In this document: piece after piece, positions 38,926 to 48,835 of the stretch
Position numbering within the stretch: the first letter of the stretch is position 1
Layout of the letters: every line of letters starts with the position of its first letter
Source of the DNA: Syntrophorhabdaceae bacterium
GTDB lineage: Bacteria > Desulfobacterota > Syntrophorhabdia > Syntrophorhabdales > Syntrophorhabdaceae
NCBI GenBank assembly: GCA_963666485.2
Contig: CAXXUO010000004.1
Span: forward strand, 224,001-288,000
DNA length: 64,000 nt
Direction: 5' to 3'
Notes under the pieces: generated by a model
Database searches by the model: none
What the model was told of the DNA's origin: nothing
What the model saw: only the letters and a program-made list of their open reading frames with translations
Made by a program: the position numbers and the translations under genes

Positions 38926-40200
38926 ATGATAGATCCAAAAATAATCCGCGAACACATCGAGATACTGGAAGGGGCGCTCGCGAATAGGCAGGCGGCGTTC
39001 GATACGGCAAAATTGAAGGAGATCGATGAAAAAAGGCGCAGCCTGATCCAGGAAACGGAAAAACTGAAAAATGAAAAGAACGTCCTGTCCAATGAGATCG
39101 CTAAATTGAAAAGGTCGGGCACGGATGCCGCGGACAAGATAGAATACCAGCGTTCGCTCGGTCAGAGGATCGAGGCGTGCGGACGCGACCTTAAAATAGC
39201 CGAGGATGAATGGGAACAGCTGGCGCTTGTGATACCCAATATACCGGACAGTTCCGTCCCTGTCGGGACGTGTGACGAGGACAACAAGGTCGTAAAGGCC
39301 TGGGGTGAAAAACCCGTCTTTGATTTCGCGCCAAAGGCCCACTGGGACTTAGGTGAAGAGCTCGATATCCTCGATGCGAAGCGGGCGGTCAAGATAACCG
39401 GGTCACGCTTCGCGCTGTACAAGTCCGGCGGGGCGCTGCTCGAACGTGCGCTCATAAATTTCATGCTCGACCTCCACGTCCGGGAGCACGGGTACACCGA
39501 GGTCCTGCCGCCCTTCATGGTGAACCGTACGTCAATGACCGGAACGGGGCAGCTGCCGAAATTCGAAGAGGAGCTCTTCCACCTCGAAGGCGTCGATTAC
39601 TTCCTCATCCCGACGGCCGAGGTGCCCGTCACCAATATCCATGCCGACGAGATACTGAAAGAGGACCAGCTCCCCATAAAATACGTTTCCTACACCCCCT
39701 GCTTCCGCAAGGAGGCCGGCGCCCATGGAAAAGATACCCGGGGCCTTACGCGCCTGCACCAGTTCAACAAGGTCGAGCTCGTAAAGTTCGCGCACCCCGA
39801 CAATTCGTTCGACGAGCTCGAAAATCTCACCCTCGATGCCGAGGACGTTTTGAAGAGGCTCAATATTCACTACCGCGTCAGCGCACTGTGCACCGGTGAC
39901 CTCGGTTTTTCTTCCGCAAAGACGTACGACATCGAGGTGTGGCTGCCCGGTCAGGAGATATACCGTGAAATATCCTCCTGCAGCTGTTTCACCGATTTCC
40001 AGGCACGCAGGGCAAAGATCAGGTTCCGCAGGCAGGGTGGAAAGACCGAGCTTGTCCACACGCTCAATGGTTCGGGCCTCGCGATAGGCAGGACGGTCAT
40101 GGCCGTGATGGAGAACTACCAGGAATCCGACGGTACGATCCGCGTGCCTGACGCGCTGCGGCCATACATGCATGGGCTGGACAGGATTACGCGGTTGTAA
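38926..40200 (+). CDS. serS: Serine--tRNA ligase
   Basis: [38 protein letters not shown]. Confidence 0.98.
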   Translation: MIDPKIIREHIEILEGALANRQAAFDTAKLKEIDEKRRSLIQETEKLKNEKNVLSNEIAKLKRSGTDAADKIEYQRSLGQRIEACGRDLKIAEDEWEQLALVIPNIPDSSVPVGTCDEDNKVVKAWGEKPVFDFAPKAHWDLGEELDILDAKRAVKITGSRFALYKSGGALLERALINFMLDLHVREHGYTEVLPPFMVNRTSMTGTGQLPKFEEELFHLEGVDYFLIPTAEVPVTNIHADEILKEDQLPIKYVSYTPCFRKEAGAHGKDTRGLTRLHQFNKVELVKFAHPDNSFDELENLTLDAEDVLKRLNIHYRVSALCTGDLGFSSAKTYDIEVWLPGQEIYREISSCSCFTDFQARRAKIRFRRQGGKTELVHTLNGSGLAIGRTVMAVMENYQESDGTIRVPDALRPYMHGLDRITRL

Positions 40201-40270
40201 AGGGCATCCTAAAGCTGGTAACTATTCTCGACCTCGATATACTCCCAGGGTGTTGAGGGGTACAAAAGGC

Positions 40271-40515
40271 CGTCATTCCCGCCAAGTGGGAATCCAGCAT
40301 CTTTGGTTTTTTAAGTACACCGCATAACATCCCCCGTCCCGTCATTCCCGCGAAGCGGGAATCCAGCGTCTTTTTCTTTGTTTTCAGTGTTCAGATAGAG
40401 TAGACAACGGGTAAGGCACCGCTGGTGACCAAACGTTCGTCTTAATATACAGTGAGTATTCATCCGAAAAAAACAAAAAGCAAAGACACTGGATTCCCGC
40501 TTCGCGGGAATGACG
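40271..40515. repeat. CGTC-tagged REP cluster (ATTCCC-N7-GGGAAT core), two direct copies and one inverted
   Basis: Copies at 40271-40297, 40340-40366 and inverted 40489-40515. Confidence 0.9.
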
Positions 40516-40601
40516 GAGGAGTGTGGATTGCGGGAAGTGGGGATGATGGAGGAGTGGGGATGATGGAGGAGTGTGGATTGCGGGAAGTGGGGATGATGGA
40601 G
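40515..40601. repeat. G-rich tandem duplication, 50-bp period
   Basis: GTGTGGATTGCGGGAAGTGGGGATGATGGAG at 40521 and 40571; GTGGGGATGATGGAG three times. Confidence 0.85.
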
Positions 40602-40657
40602 CTTTAAGTATGGAATCGGGAGGATTTTTCTGTTATAAGGTACAAGGAGGAAATTCC

Positions 40658-41458
40658 ATGGATCGGGTTGGCATCATTGGTGCGGGGAATATGGGGGAGT
40701 CTGTCATCAAAGCCCTTCTCAAGAATAACATCCCGCACAAGAACATCTGCTTTATCGAGGCAAAAAAAGAAAGGGCCGGTCATATCGCGGCAGCCTACGG
40801 TATCGACGAGGTCCATGAGATGCCCGAAATGGCAGAGCGCTCGGATGTTATCGTTCTCGCGGTAAAACCGCAGGACGCCGCAAAGGTCCTGCCGAAGGTG
40901 GCCTCCTCGATCGGCACCTCGCATATCCTCGTATCCATCATGGCAGGCATAACGATAGCGAAGATCATCTCCCTCGCGGGCACCGACCTGCGCGTCGTCA
41001 GGATGATGCCGAACCTCGCCATCAAGGTGAACGAAGGGGTTATCGGCATGACCGCGAGCCCGGACGTTTCAGCCGATGAATTTTCCGCCATCCAGTCACT
41101 TTTTTCGCGAGCAGGCCTTATCGTTGATGTAGACGAAGGACACATGGATGCTATAACGTCCCTCGGCGCGAGCAGCCCGGCATTTTTCCTTCTTTTCCTT
41201 GAAGCCATGATAGACGCGGGGGTCCACATCGGGCTGCCCCGCGACAAGGCGAAAGCGATCTCGATACAGGTCGTCAAGGGGACCATCGAGATGCTCGAGC
41301 AGGACCAGATACACCCCGCGGTCATGCGTGAGTTAATCACGTCACCCGGCGGCACCACGATAAGCGGGATCGCATCCCTCGAAGCCAACGCGTTCAAGGG
41401 GAGCATCATGGAGGCCATCGAAAGGGCGGCACGCAGGGCAAAAGAGCTTTCTTCATGA
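40658..41458 (+). CDS. proC: Pyrroline-5-carboxylate reductase
   Basis: GIIGAGNMG, LAVKPQ, RMMPN, ITSPGGTT; AAGGAGG RBS before ATG 40658. Confidence 0.96.
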   Translation: MDRVGIIGAGNMGESVIKALLKNNIPHKNICFIEAKKERAGHIAAAYGIDEVHEMPEMAERSDVIVLAVKPQDAAKVLPKVASSIGTSHILVSIMAGITIAKIISLAGTDLRVVRMMPNLAIKVNEGVIGMTASPDVSADEFSAIQSLFSRAGLIVDVDEGHMDAITSLGASSPAFFLLFLEAMIDAGVHIGLPRDKAKAISIQVVKGTIEMLEQDQIHPAVMRELITSPGGTTISGIASLEANAFKGSIMEAIERAARRAKELSS

Positions 41459-42105
41459 TGAACCAATACCAGAGCAAGCGCCAGCTGATGGTCGAGACCC
41501 AGATCATCCGGCGGGGGATACATGACAGGCGCGTCATCAATGCCATACTGAAGGTCCCGCGGCACCTGTTCGTCGACGAGGCCCTGTGGCCCGAGGCGTA
41601 CGAGGACCACCCTCTCCCTATAGGAGAGAAGCAGACCATTTCTCAGCCGTACATCGTTGCCCTGATGTCGGAGTTGCTTCAGCTTACGGGCAAGGAAAAA
41701 GTGCTCGAGATCGGAACGGGCTCCGGGTACCAGTGCGCTGTGCTCGCGGAGCTTGCCGGCCAGGTCTTTACGATCGAGCGCATCCCGTCAATAGCGAAGC
41801 GGGCGCGCAAGATATTCGACCAGCTCAAGTATGCGAACATCATGGTCCACATCGGTGACGGAACTTTGGGATGGAAGGAACACAGCCCGTACGACGGGAT
41901 CATCGTGACCGCCGCCGCGCCGCACCCTCCGAAGGCCCTCCTCGAGCAGCTTGCCATGAAAGGCAGGCTCGTCATCCCCATTGGCGACGAATTCACGCAG
42001 GAACTCATCGTCTTCACGCGTGAGGACAAGAATGATTATTCGGAAGAAAATTATGGAAGCTGCCGGTTCGTGAAACTGATAGGTGCCCAGGGGTGGAGAG
42101 AATGA
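41455..42105 (+). CDS. pcm: Protein-L-isoaspartate O-methyltransferase
   Basis: VPRHLFV, QTISQPY, VLEIGTGSGYQ, PYDGIIVTAAA, RFVKLIG. Confidence 0.96.
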   Translation: MMNQYQSKRQLMVETQIIRRGIHDRRVINAILKVPRHLFVDEALWPEAYEDHPLPIGEKQTISQPYIVALMSELLQLTGKEKVLEIGTGSGYQCAVLAELAGQVFTIERIPSIAKRARKIFDQLKYANIMVHIGDGTLGWKEHSPYDGIIVTAAAPHPPKALLEQLAMKGRLVIPIGDEFTQELIVFTREDKNDYSEENYGSCRFVKLIGAQGWRE

Positions 42106-42968
42106 GCGGGGAAAAGGATTCTCTCGACTATGTCCGTTACGATGATATCCAGGTCGAACGGCTCTACATGCGCGACCTGAGGAAGCTTCCCGTCATAACC
42201 GTTGAAGAGGAAAAAGCCTACGCCCGCAAGGTAGCGGAAGGCAACCCCGACGCGCGCAGGAAGATGATCGAGGCGAACTTGAGGCTCGTCGTCAAGATCG
42301 CGCGCCGGTACGTCAACCAGGGCATGAGCCTTCTCGATCTCATAGAAGAGGGGAATATCGGTCTCATAAAGGCCGTCGAGAAGTTCAACCTCGCCAAGGA
42401 GTGCCGTTTCTCGACCTACGCGACGTGGTGGATAAAACAGTCTATCGAGCGTTCCATAGCGAATCACTCGCGCACCATCCGGCTGCCTGTTCACGTTTCC
42501 TCCCGGGTGAACAGGATATCGAAGATAATCAACATGTGGGTCGAAAAGAACGGGAGGGAGCCGTCCCTGGAGGAGATATCGCAGGAATCAGGTTTCCGCA
42601 TCGATTTCGTGCGGAACCTCTTTACCATGGCGATCAAGACCTATTCGCTCGAAAGTTATATCGACGAGAACAGCAAGCTCACGCTTGAAGAGGTAATACC
42701 CAACCCCGATAACGAAGAGCCCCTGTCCATCCTCGAGCACACCCGGCGAATGGAGGAGGTCGCATCGTGGCTCGATGCGCTCAACTCCGATGAGAGAAAG
42801 GTCATCCTCCTGCGTTTCGGGCTTGACGGGGACGAACCGCAGACACTCGAAATGATCGGCAAGACCTTCGGCGTCACGCGGGAACGCATCCGCCAGATCG
42901 AACAGAAAGCCCTCAACAAGCTGCGCAAAATTGTCAAGAGACGGAACATTGGAACCGAAAGCATCTGA
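42102..42968 (+). CDS. rpoS: sigma70-family group 1/2 sigma factor, RpoS-like
   Basis: ANLRLVV, DLIEEGNIGL, FSTYATWWI, RTIRLPVH, VTRERIRQIE; lacks region 1.1; follows pcm. Confidence 0.8.
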   Translation: MSGEKDSLDYVRYDDIQVERLYMRDLRKLPVITVEEEKAYARKVAEGNPDARRKMIEANLRLVVKIARRYVNQGMSLLDLIEEGNIGLIKAVEKFNLAKECRFSTYATWWIKQSIERSIANHSRTIRLPVHVSSRVNRISKIINMWVEKNGREPSLEEISQESGFRIDFVRNLFTMAIKTYSLESYIDENSKLTLEEVIPNPDNEEPLSILEHTRRMEEVASWLDALNSDERKVILLRFGLDGDEPQTLEMIGKTFGVTRERIRQIEQKALNKLRKIVKRRNIGTESI

Positions 42969-44475
42969 AGCCGCACGGAGAAACCCGGCGCTTGACATTA
43001 TCCGAAAAGGCTCCGTCATAACGATCATCACGCTGATATCGAGGCCGCTCGGCTACGTGAGGGAGGCCATCCAGGCGTATCTTTTCGGGGCGACGCTGCT
43101 CGTCGACGCCTTTATCGTCGCATTCAATTTTCCCGAACTCATCCAGACGCTCTTTTTCTCCGGTGCGACAAGCGCCTTTTTGATCCCCGTCTGCACGAAA
43201 TACCTCAATGACCGTGAGCAGTATTCCCATATCTATTCGACGTTCATTAACATATCGATCGTTATCACCCTGTTCGTGTCCCTTCTCTTCTTTCTTTTCA
43301 GCAACACGGTCGTCAAGCTCATTGCGCCCGGGTTCACAGCCGAGGCCAAGGTCATCACGAACAACCTGTTCATCATCATGATACCGGTCATAGCGTTCCA
43401 CACGATCCTGTCCGTGATGAAGGCCTTTCTCAATGCGCGCGAGCACTTCGCCGCGCCCGAATTATCGGGGATAGTGTGGAACATCCTCTTCATCGCGTCC
43501 GCGGTGCTCCTCGGAAAGAAACTCGGCATATACAGCCTCGCCATTGGCGTGACCGTGGGATCACTTCTCCAGATCGTGATGCAGTACCCGTACTTGAGAA
43601 AGCTCGGCATCCGCTATAAGGCCACACTTGATCTAAAGCACCCTGCCGTCGCCACTGCGAAGAAACTCTTCACCGGTGCCCTGATCGCGACGTCCATCGT
43701 CCCGATCAACAGCTTCGTCGGCCGCATTATCGCATCGTACCTGCCGCACGGCGAGGTGGCATCCCTGTCCTATGCGTTCAGGATCTTTATCCTGCCGTTC
43801 AGCCTGTTCGCCGTCCCTGTCTACACGGTGATGTTCTCAAAGCTGTCGCGCCTTTATCACGATAACGACATGAAGGATTTCAAGGCGCACATTGACAGCT
43901 CGATCGTCCTGATATGCGTCACTCTGGTCCCGGCAACCATCCTCCTGTGCTCGCTCGGCGATATATGCGTCAAGGTCCTTTACGAGCGAGGCGCATTCAC
44001 GCCGGCCGACACCGCGATGACGAACAGGGCATTGTTCGGCTACAGCGTGGGACTCGTCTTTTATGCGCTGTCGATCTCCTTCGTGCGAATATTCAACGCG
44101 ATGCACGACATGAAGACCCCCGCGATCATCGGCATTTCATCGATAATTATAAATGCCGTCCTCGCTTCGGTCCTCATGGTCCCGTTCAGGAACCTCGGCA
44201 TTGCGCTAGCGACGTCGATCGTATCGCTTTACAATTTCGTGTTCCTCTTCGTGATCCTGAAACGAAAGACCGGCTATGGCCTCGCACGGCCTGCCGTACG
44301 TGATATAATAAAATCGCTGTCCGCGGGGATACTGCTGGTAATCCTCATTGTTCTCGCACGCCGCTTCCTTCCGGGCGGCATCATCATGGCACTCGCCGTC
44401 AGCGCCGCGCTGACCATCGCGATCTACGGCCTGGCCTTTAAAAGTTATTACCTGAAAATTCTGCGCAGGCGATAG
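42931..44475 (+). CDS. murJ: Lipid II flippase MurJ/MviN
   Basis: SRPLGYVRE, DAFIVAF, YERGAF, multi-TM; start uncertain (TTG 42949 possible). Confidence 0.92.
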   Translation: MSRDGTLEPKASEAARRNPALDIIRKGSVITIITLISRPLGYVREAIQAYLFGATLLVDAFIVAFNFPELIQTLFFSGATSAFLIPVCTKYLNDREQYSHIYSTFINISIVITLFVSLLFFLFSNTVVKLIAPGFTAEAKVITNNLFIIMIPVIAFHTILSVMKAFLNAREHFAAPELSGIVWNILFIASAVLLGKKLGIYSLAIGVTVGSLLQIVMQYPYLRKLGIRYKATLDLKHPAVATAKKLFTGALIATSIVPINSFVGRIIASYLPHGEVASLSYAFRIFILPFSLFAVPVYTVMFSKLSRLYHDNDMKDFKAHIDSSIVLICVTLVPATILLCSLGDICVKVLYERGAFTPADTAMTNRALFGYSVGLVFYALSISFVRIFNAMHDMKTPAIIGISSIIINAVLASVLMVPFRNLGIALATSIVSLYNFVFLFVILKRKTGYGLARPAVRDIIKSLSAGILLVILIVLARRFLPGGIIMALAVSAALTIAIYGLAFKSYYLKILRRR

Positions 44476-44576
44476 GAAAATATCACGGGCATTTCCCGCA
44501 CGCGCGCAAGGGGGCTTTCTTGACTCACCGGTAGCCCTGTGTTAGCATTTTTACCGGTGATGCTCAAAGTGAACAC

Positions 44577-47500
44577 ATGAGAACGATAAGAGAATTCCAC
44601 GTTTCGCGCAGAAGCAGGGATGCGTACCAGTTCAGCGACACGCTTTTCACATTGAGCGGCAACGTCGTCTTCACAAATTTCCTCGCTGCGCGCAGCTTCG
44701 CGCAAAAAATGAACCAGAAGAAGGACCTTGTCCTCTATCCGGAAAGCGCTGTTCGCGCCGGCGCCCTCATCGCGATGGGGCTCATAGACGAGATCCTCCA
44801 TTTCGTTGTCAGTGTTTACGCCGAGTCAACACAAAAGAATATCATGCAGGGTGTCCTCACGCACCTCGAGTCGAAACTGGGGCGCGATGACGTTCACAGG
44901 GTCCTGAAGCAGTTCACCGATGAATTCCCCCCCGTTGCCGTGTACCAGAGGACAGCCGCGACGGACGACTATTTGAACGGCGATACGGAGGGAACTCCGA
45001 ACAATCAGGTATCGCTCGAAGAGATGCTTCTCCTGTGGCTTGCCAACATGAACCCGGCATTCCATCCTTTCCTCGAGCTTTTCGACGATTCATCCCTGAA
45101 AAGGGACACTGTGTACCTCAAGGTCATTGCAGAGCTGCGGTCATTTTTCGATCACGAGCCGCCCTTCGGCCCGGACGGGCAGAACATCATAGACATGCTC
45201 CGCAGCCCCGCCATCGCCGTGCCCCACTCTCTCTCCGGCCAGCTCGAATATATCATGGAGCGATGGGGATACCTGCTTGGCACCCGCTTCATATCGCGGA
45301 TGCTCAAGAGCCTCGATCTCTTCAAGGAAGAAGAGAAGATGCCCTTTCTCGGGCCGGGCAAGGCAGAGATCTATCGCTATACCGGTCTCGAGTTCGAGCC
45401 GGAGAAGTTCAGCGCCGACAAGGACTGGATGCCCCGTCTCATCCTCATCGCCAAGAATATCTACGTCTGGCTCGACCAGCTGTCGAAGGCGTACGGGCGC
45501 CCTATAACAAAGCTCGACGACATACCCGACGATGAGCTGGATATCATGCGCAGGCGCGGCTTTACCGGCATCTGGCTCATCGGGGTCTGGGAAAGGAGTG
45601 CGGCATCCCAGCGCATCAAGCAGATGTGCGGCAACCCTGAAGCGGTCCCCTCCGCCTACTCCCTTCATGACTACATCATCGCCGAGGACTTAGGCGGTGA
45701 GGAGGCTTTTCTCGAACTCAAGACACGGGCAACGCGCCGGGGCATCCGGCTCGCAAGCGACATGGTGCCCAATCATGTCGGCATATACTCACGCTGGATG
45801 ATCGAGCATCCCGACTGGTTCGTTTCCCTCGATCAGAACCCGTATCCCTGGTACACCTACGCCGGGACGAACCTGTCCCATGACGATCGCGTTTCGATCC
45901 ACATAGAAGACCATTACTACGACCGCACCGACGCGGCGGTCGTTTTCAAGCGGCGCGACAACTGGACGGGCAGTGAGAAATTCGTCTATCACGGCAACGA
46001 CGGCACGAGCATGCCATGGAACGACACGGCCCAGCTCAACTATCTCAACCCCGAGGTCCGCGAGGCGATGATCCGGACCATTATCCACGTTGCGGGTAAA
46101 TTTCCCGTCATTCGTTTTGACGCCGCTATGACGTTGACAAAGAAGCATTTCCAGCGCCTGTGGTTCCCTGAACCGGGGACCGGCGGCGCTATCCCGACCC
46201 GTGCGGAGCACAGCCTGACATACGACGATTTCTCGAAGGCCATGCCCCACGAGTTCTGGCGCGAGGTCGTCGATCGCGTGGCCGAAGAGGCGCCGGACAC
46301 CCTCCTTCTCGCCGAGGCCTTCTGGCTCCTCGAGGGATATTTTGTCAGGACCCTGGGAATGCACCGCGTATACAACAGTGCCTTCATGAACATGCTTCGG
46401 GACGAGGAGAATTCCAAGTACCGCCTCGTCATGAAGAACACGATGGAGTTCGATCCCCAGATCCTGCGCCGTTTCGTCAATTTTATGAACAACCCCGACG
46501 AACGGACCGCGGTCGACCAGTTCGGCACCGGCGACAAATATTTCGGGGTGTGCACGATGATGGTCACAATGCCGGGCCTGCCCATGTTCGGCCACGGCCA
46601 GATTGAGGGCTACGCCGAAAAATACGGGATGGAATACCGGCGTGCATACTGGGAAGAGACGCCCAATCAGTACCTCGTCGACAGGCATGAACGCGAGATA
46701 TCCCCTCTTCTCCACAAGCGTCACCTGTTCGCGGACGTGGAGAACTTCCTCCTCTACGATTTTTTCACGCCCGAAGGCGGCGTAAACGAGGATGTCTTCG
46801 CATACACCAACAGGCACGGTGATGCGAGAACATTGTTCGTCTTCAACAACAGGTACGCGACAGCACGGGGATGGATAAAGAGGTCGGTCTCATTCTCCGT
46901 CAAGGATGAAGCCTCCGATGCCCGCCATCTCGTCCAGAGAGACCTCAAAGAAGGCCTCAGTATCACGGCGAACGGCCGATATTACACGATCTTCAGGGAC
47001 CATGTCTCAAACCTTGAATACATTCGGGAGAACAGGGAATTGTCCGACAACGGGCTCTTCATAGAGCTCCAGGCATACCAGTACCACGTGTTTCTCGATT
47101 TCCGCGAGGTCGAGGACAACGAATGGAGCCATTACGGGCAGATCTGCGGGTACCTCAACGGAAGAGGCGTACCCAGCATAGACGACACGGTCCGCGAGAT
47201 CTTCCTGCAGCCCATCCATCACAGCTTCAGAGAGCTCGTGAACCCCGGGTTTTTCCGGTATGTCCTCGCGAGCCACAAGGATATCATGAACCGCGAGGCG
47301 CTCCTGCCTGCGGACGACCTCATAGACCAGGCAACCACAAGGCTATTCGGCCTTCTCCACGAGATCAAGGCATACCTGGGCTCGACGCGGGATGAAACAG
47401 TGATCGTGGATGAAGTGAAAAGGAAATTCACCGCTCTAATTCAGTCCCATCCCTTCGTGCAGGATATTACCGACGGTGAGGGCGACCTGCACATGCTCCT

Positions 47501-48053
47501 CGCGCGTGAGCTTTCCGCTTCCAACCTCGCATGGCTCTTTGTCCACGTCCTCGGGGGGCTCGTCGACGGCGCGGAGGGGCGCGAGGAAATAAGCCGCAGC
47601 TGGATCGACGAATGGCTCTTCGGGCGCATAATAGGCGAGACGCTCAAAGACCTCGGATACGATGAAAAGGAGGTCCACGGCGCCCTGCTCCTCATCAAGA
47701 TATTTACAACGCACCAGGACTGGTGCGCTGAAACAGACCCGCGCGCCATCCTCAATTCATTCATGGGCGATGGGGACGTCCAGTTCTTTCTTGGGGTCAA
47801 CCGCTACCAGGGTATCCTCTGGTTCAGCAAAGAGGCCTTCGAGGAGATGATCGCCTGGATGTACTTCACGGCAGGCATCTCGACAATGTCCGGCGAGGAT
47901 GGTGACGAAAAAGAGATGCTGCGCAGCCTGAAGCGGTGCTTCACCATGATCGAATTCCTGCACCGTGCATCCCTCGCATCGGGTTATCAGCTCGAAAAAT
48001 TGATCTCCATAATCCAGGAAGCCAACAGGGCAGTGGTGGAAAGAGAAAAGTAA
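44577..48053 (+). CDS. Large GH13 (alpha-amylase family) glycoside hydrolase
   Basis: DMVPNH, RFDAAM (nucleophile), AEAFW (acid/base), NPDE; long N- and C-terminal extensions. Confidence 0.88.
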   Translation: MRTIREFHVSRRSRDAYQFSDTLFTLSGNVVFTNFLAARSFAQKMNQKKDLVLYPESAVRAGALIAMGLIDEILHFVVSVYAESTQKNIMQGVLTHLESKLGRDDVHRVLKQFTDEFPPVAVYQRTAATDDYLNGDTEGTPNNQVSLEEMLLLWLANMNPAFHPFLELFDDSSLKRDTVYLKVIAELRSFFDHEPPFGPDGQNIIDMLRSPAIAVPHSLSGQLEYIMERWGYLLGTRFISRMLKSLDLFKEEEKMPFLGPGKAEIYRYTGLEFEPEKFSADKDWMPRLILIAKNIYVWLDQLSKAYGRPITKLDDIPDDELDIMRRRGFTGIWLIGVWERSAASQRIKQMCGNPEAVPSAYSLHDYIIAEDLGGEEAFLELKTRATRRGIRLASDMVPNHVGIYSRWMIEHPDWFVSLDQNPYPWYTYAGTNLSHDDRVSIHIEDHYYDRTDAAVVFKRRDNWTGSEKFVYHGNDGTSMPWNDTAQLNYLNPEVREAMIRTIIHVAGKFPVIRFDAAMTLTKKHFQRLWFPEPGTGGAIPTRAEHSLTYDDFSKAMPHEFWREVVDRVAEEAPDTLLLAEAFWLLEGYFVRTLGMHRVYNSAFMNMLRDEENSKYRLVMKNTMEFDPQILRRFVNFMNNPDERTAVDQFGTGDKYFGVCTMMVTMPGLPMFGHGQIEGYAEKYGMEYRRAYWEETPNQYLVDRHEREISPLLHKRHLFADVENFLLYDFFTPEGGVNEDVFAYTNRHGDARTLFVFNNRYATARGWIKRSVSFSVKDEASDARHLVQRDLKEGLSITANGRYYTIFRDHVSNLEYIRENRELSDNGLFIELQAYQYHVFLDFREVEDNEWSHYGQICGYLNGRGVPSIDDTVREIFLQPIHHSFRELVNPGFFRYVLASHKDIMNREALLPADDLIDQATTRLFGLLHEIKAYLGSTRDETVIVDEVKRKFTALIQSHPFVQDITDGEGDLHMLLARELSASNLAWLFVHVLGGLVDGAEGREEISRSWIDEWLFGRIIGETLKDLGYDEKEVHGALLLIKIFTTHQDWCAETDPRAILNSFMGDGDVQFFLGVNRYQGILWFSKEAFEEMIAWMYFTAGISTMSGEDGDEKEMLRSLKRCFTMIEFLHRASLASGYQLEKLISIIQEANRAVVEREK

Positions 48054-48065
48054 ACGATACCTCGT

Positions 48066-48271
48066 CGTCATCCCGGGCTTGACCCGGGACCCAAGGTTCA
48101 CCCCCCCCCGTCATCCCGGGCTTGACCCGGGACCCAAGGTTCACCCCCCCCGTCATCCCGGGCTTGACCCGGGACCCAAGGTTTTGTTTTTTATGATTCT
48201 TTTTTCATTTGGTCATTGCTAAAGGATTCAAAAGAAAAACCTTGGGTCCCGGCTCGGAGGCCGGGATGACG
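48066..48271. repeat. CGTC-tagged REP array: three tandem copies and one inverted
   Basis: CGTCATCCCGGGCTTGACCCGGGACCCAAGGTT at 48066, 48109, 48151 joined by poly-C; inverted copy 48243-48271. Confidence 0.92.
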
Positions 48272-48309
48272 GGGTTGGAGGAGAATGACCAGTCGGGGTT
48301 GCGGGTTCT

Positions 48310-48501
48310 TTATTCTTTCTTCTTTTTCGAACCAGCCAGTACTTTCTCTTTGCACGGCATGTTCTTGTGGACGAGCATCTTCTTGAGGCTGCACTGAACG
48401 GCGACGAATGTCCGGCAGCTGCCTGACCCGTCTACACCGCTTTCCTTGGGCATCGAGGCATATTTGCAGGACAGGTCGCAAAAATCGATGAGGCCCTTCA
48501 T
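48310..48501 (-). CDS. 63-aa Cys-rich hypothetical protein
   Basis: AAGGGGA RBS; MKGLIDFCDLSCKYA...SCRTF....C........NMPC. Confidence 0.65.
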   Translation of the reverse strand: MKGLIDFCDLSCKYASMPKESGVDGSGSCRTFVAVQCSLKKMLVHKNMPCKEKVLAGSKKKKE

Positions 48502-48562
48502 GAGTACGTCCCCTTTAATGCCCCCGAAATCTGTCTGCAGTGACAGCCTTTCGAGGAAAAAA

Positions 48563-48835
48563 TCACCGCGGCTTATCCTTCTTGCCCGCCTTGTCACGGG
48601 CGTCATCAGGAAAACATGACGACATCGTCCTGTTGCAGGCAACAAATACGGCGACCCCGATAATACCGACAGCGGCCCATGCTATCTGAGAAAGCGTCGT
48701 CGGCTCCGGCGGTCTCGTCGAAATATAGGTTAGCCCGCCAAACCCAATGACGGCTAGAATACCGCCTGCAAGCTTGCCCAGCATAAGCGGCAACTGCCGC
48801 ATCTCTGATCTGATATTATTCTTCATATCCGCCAT
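48563..48835 (-). CDS. Small 2-TM membrane protein
   Basis: Abuts the upstream stop codon; two hydrophobic segments. Confidence 0.6.
   Translation of the reverse strand: MADMKNNIRSEMRQLPLMLGKLAGGILAVIGFGGLTYISTRPPEPTTLSQIAWAAVGIIGVAVFVACNRTMSSCFPDDARDKAGKKDKPR

Noticed and set aside
40571..40657. N-terminal extension of ProC in the ORF track
   Set aside because: It derives from the G-rich repeat; an AAGGAGG RBS supports ATG 40658.
48066..48183. Three identical palindromic repeats resembling a CRISPR array
   Set aside because: Linkers are ~10-nt poly-C rather than unique spacers, the unit belongs to the dispersed CGTC REP family, and there are no cas genes.
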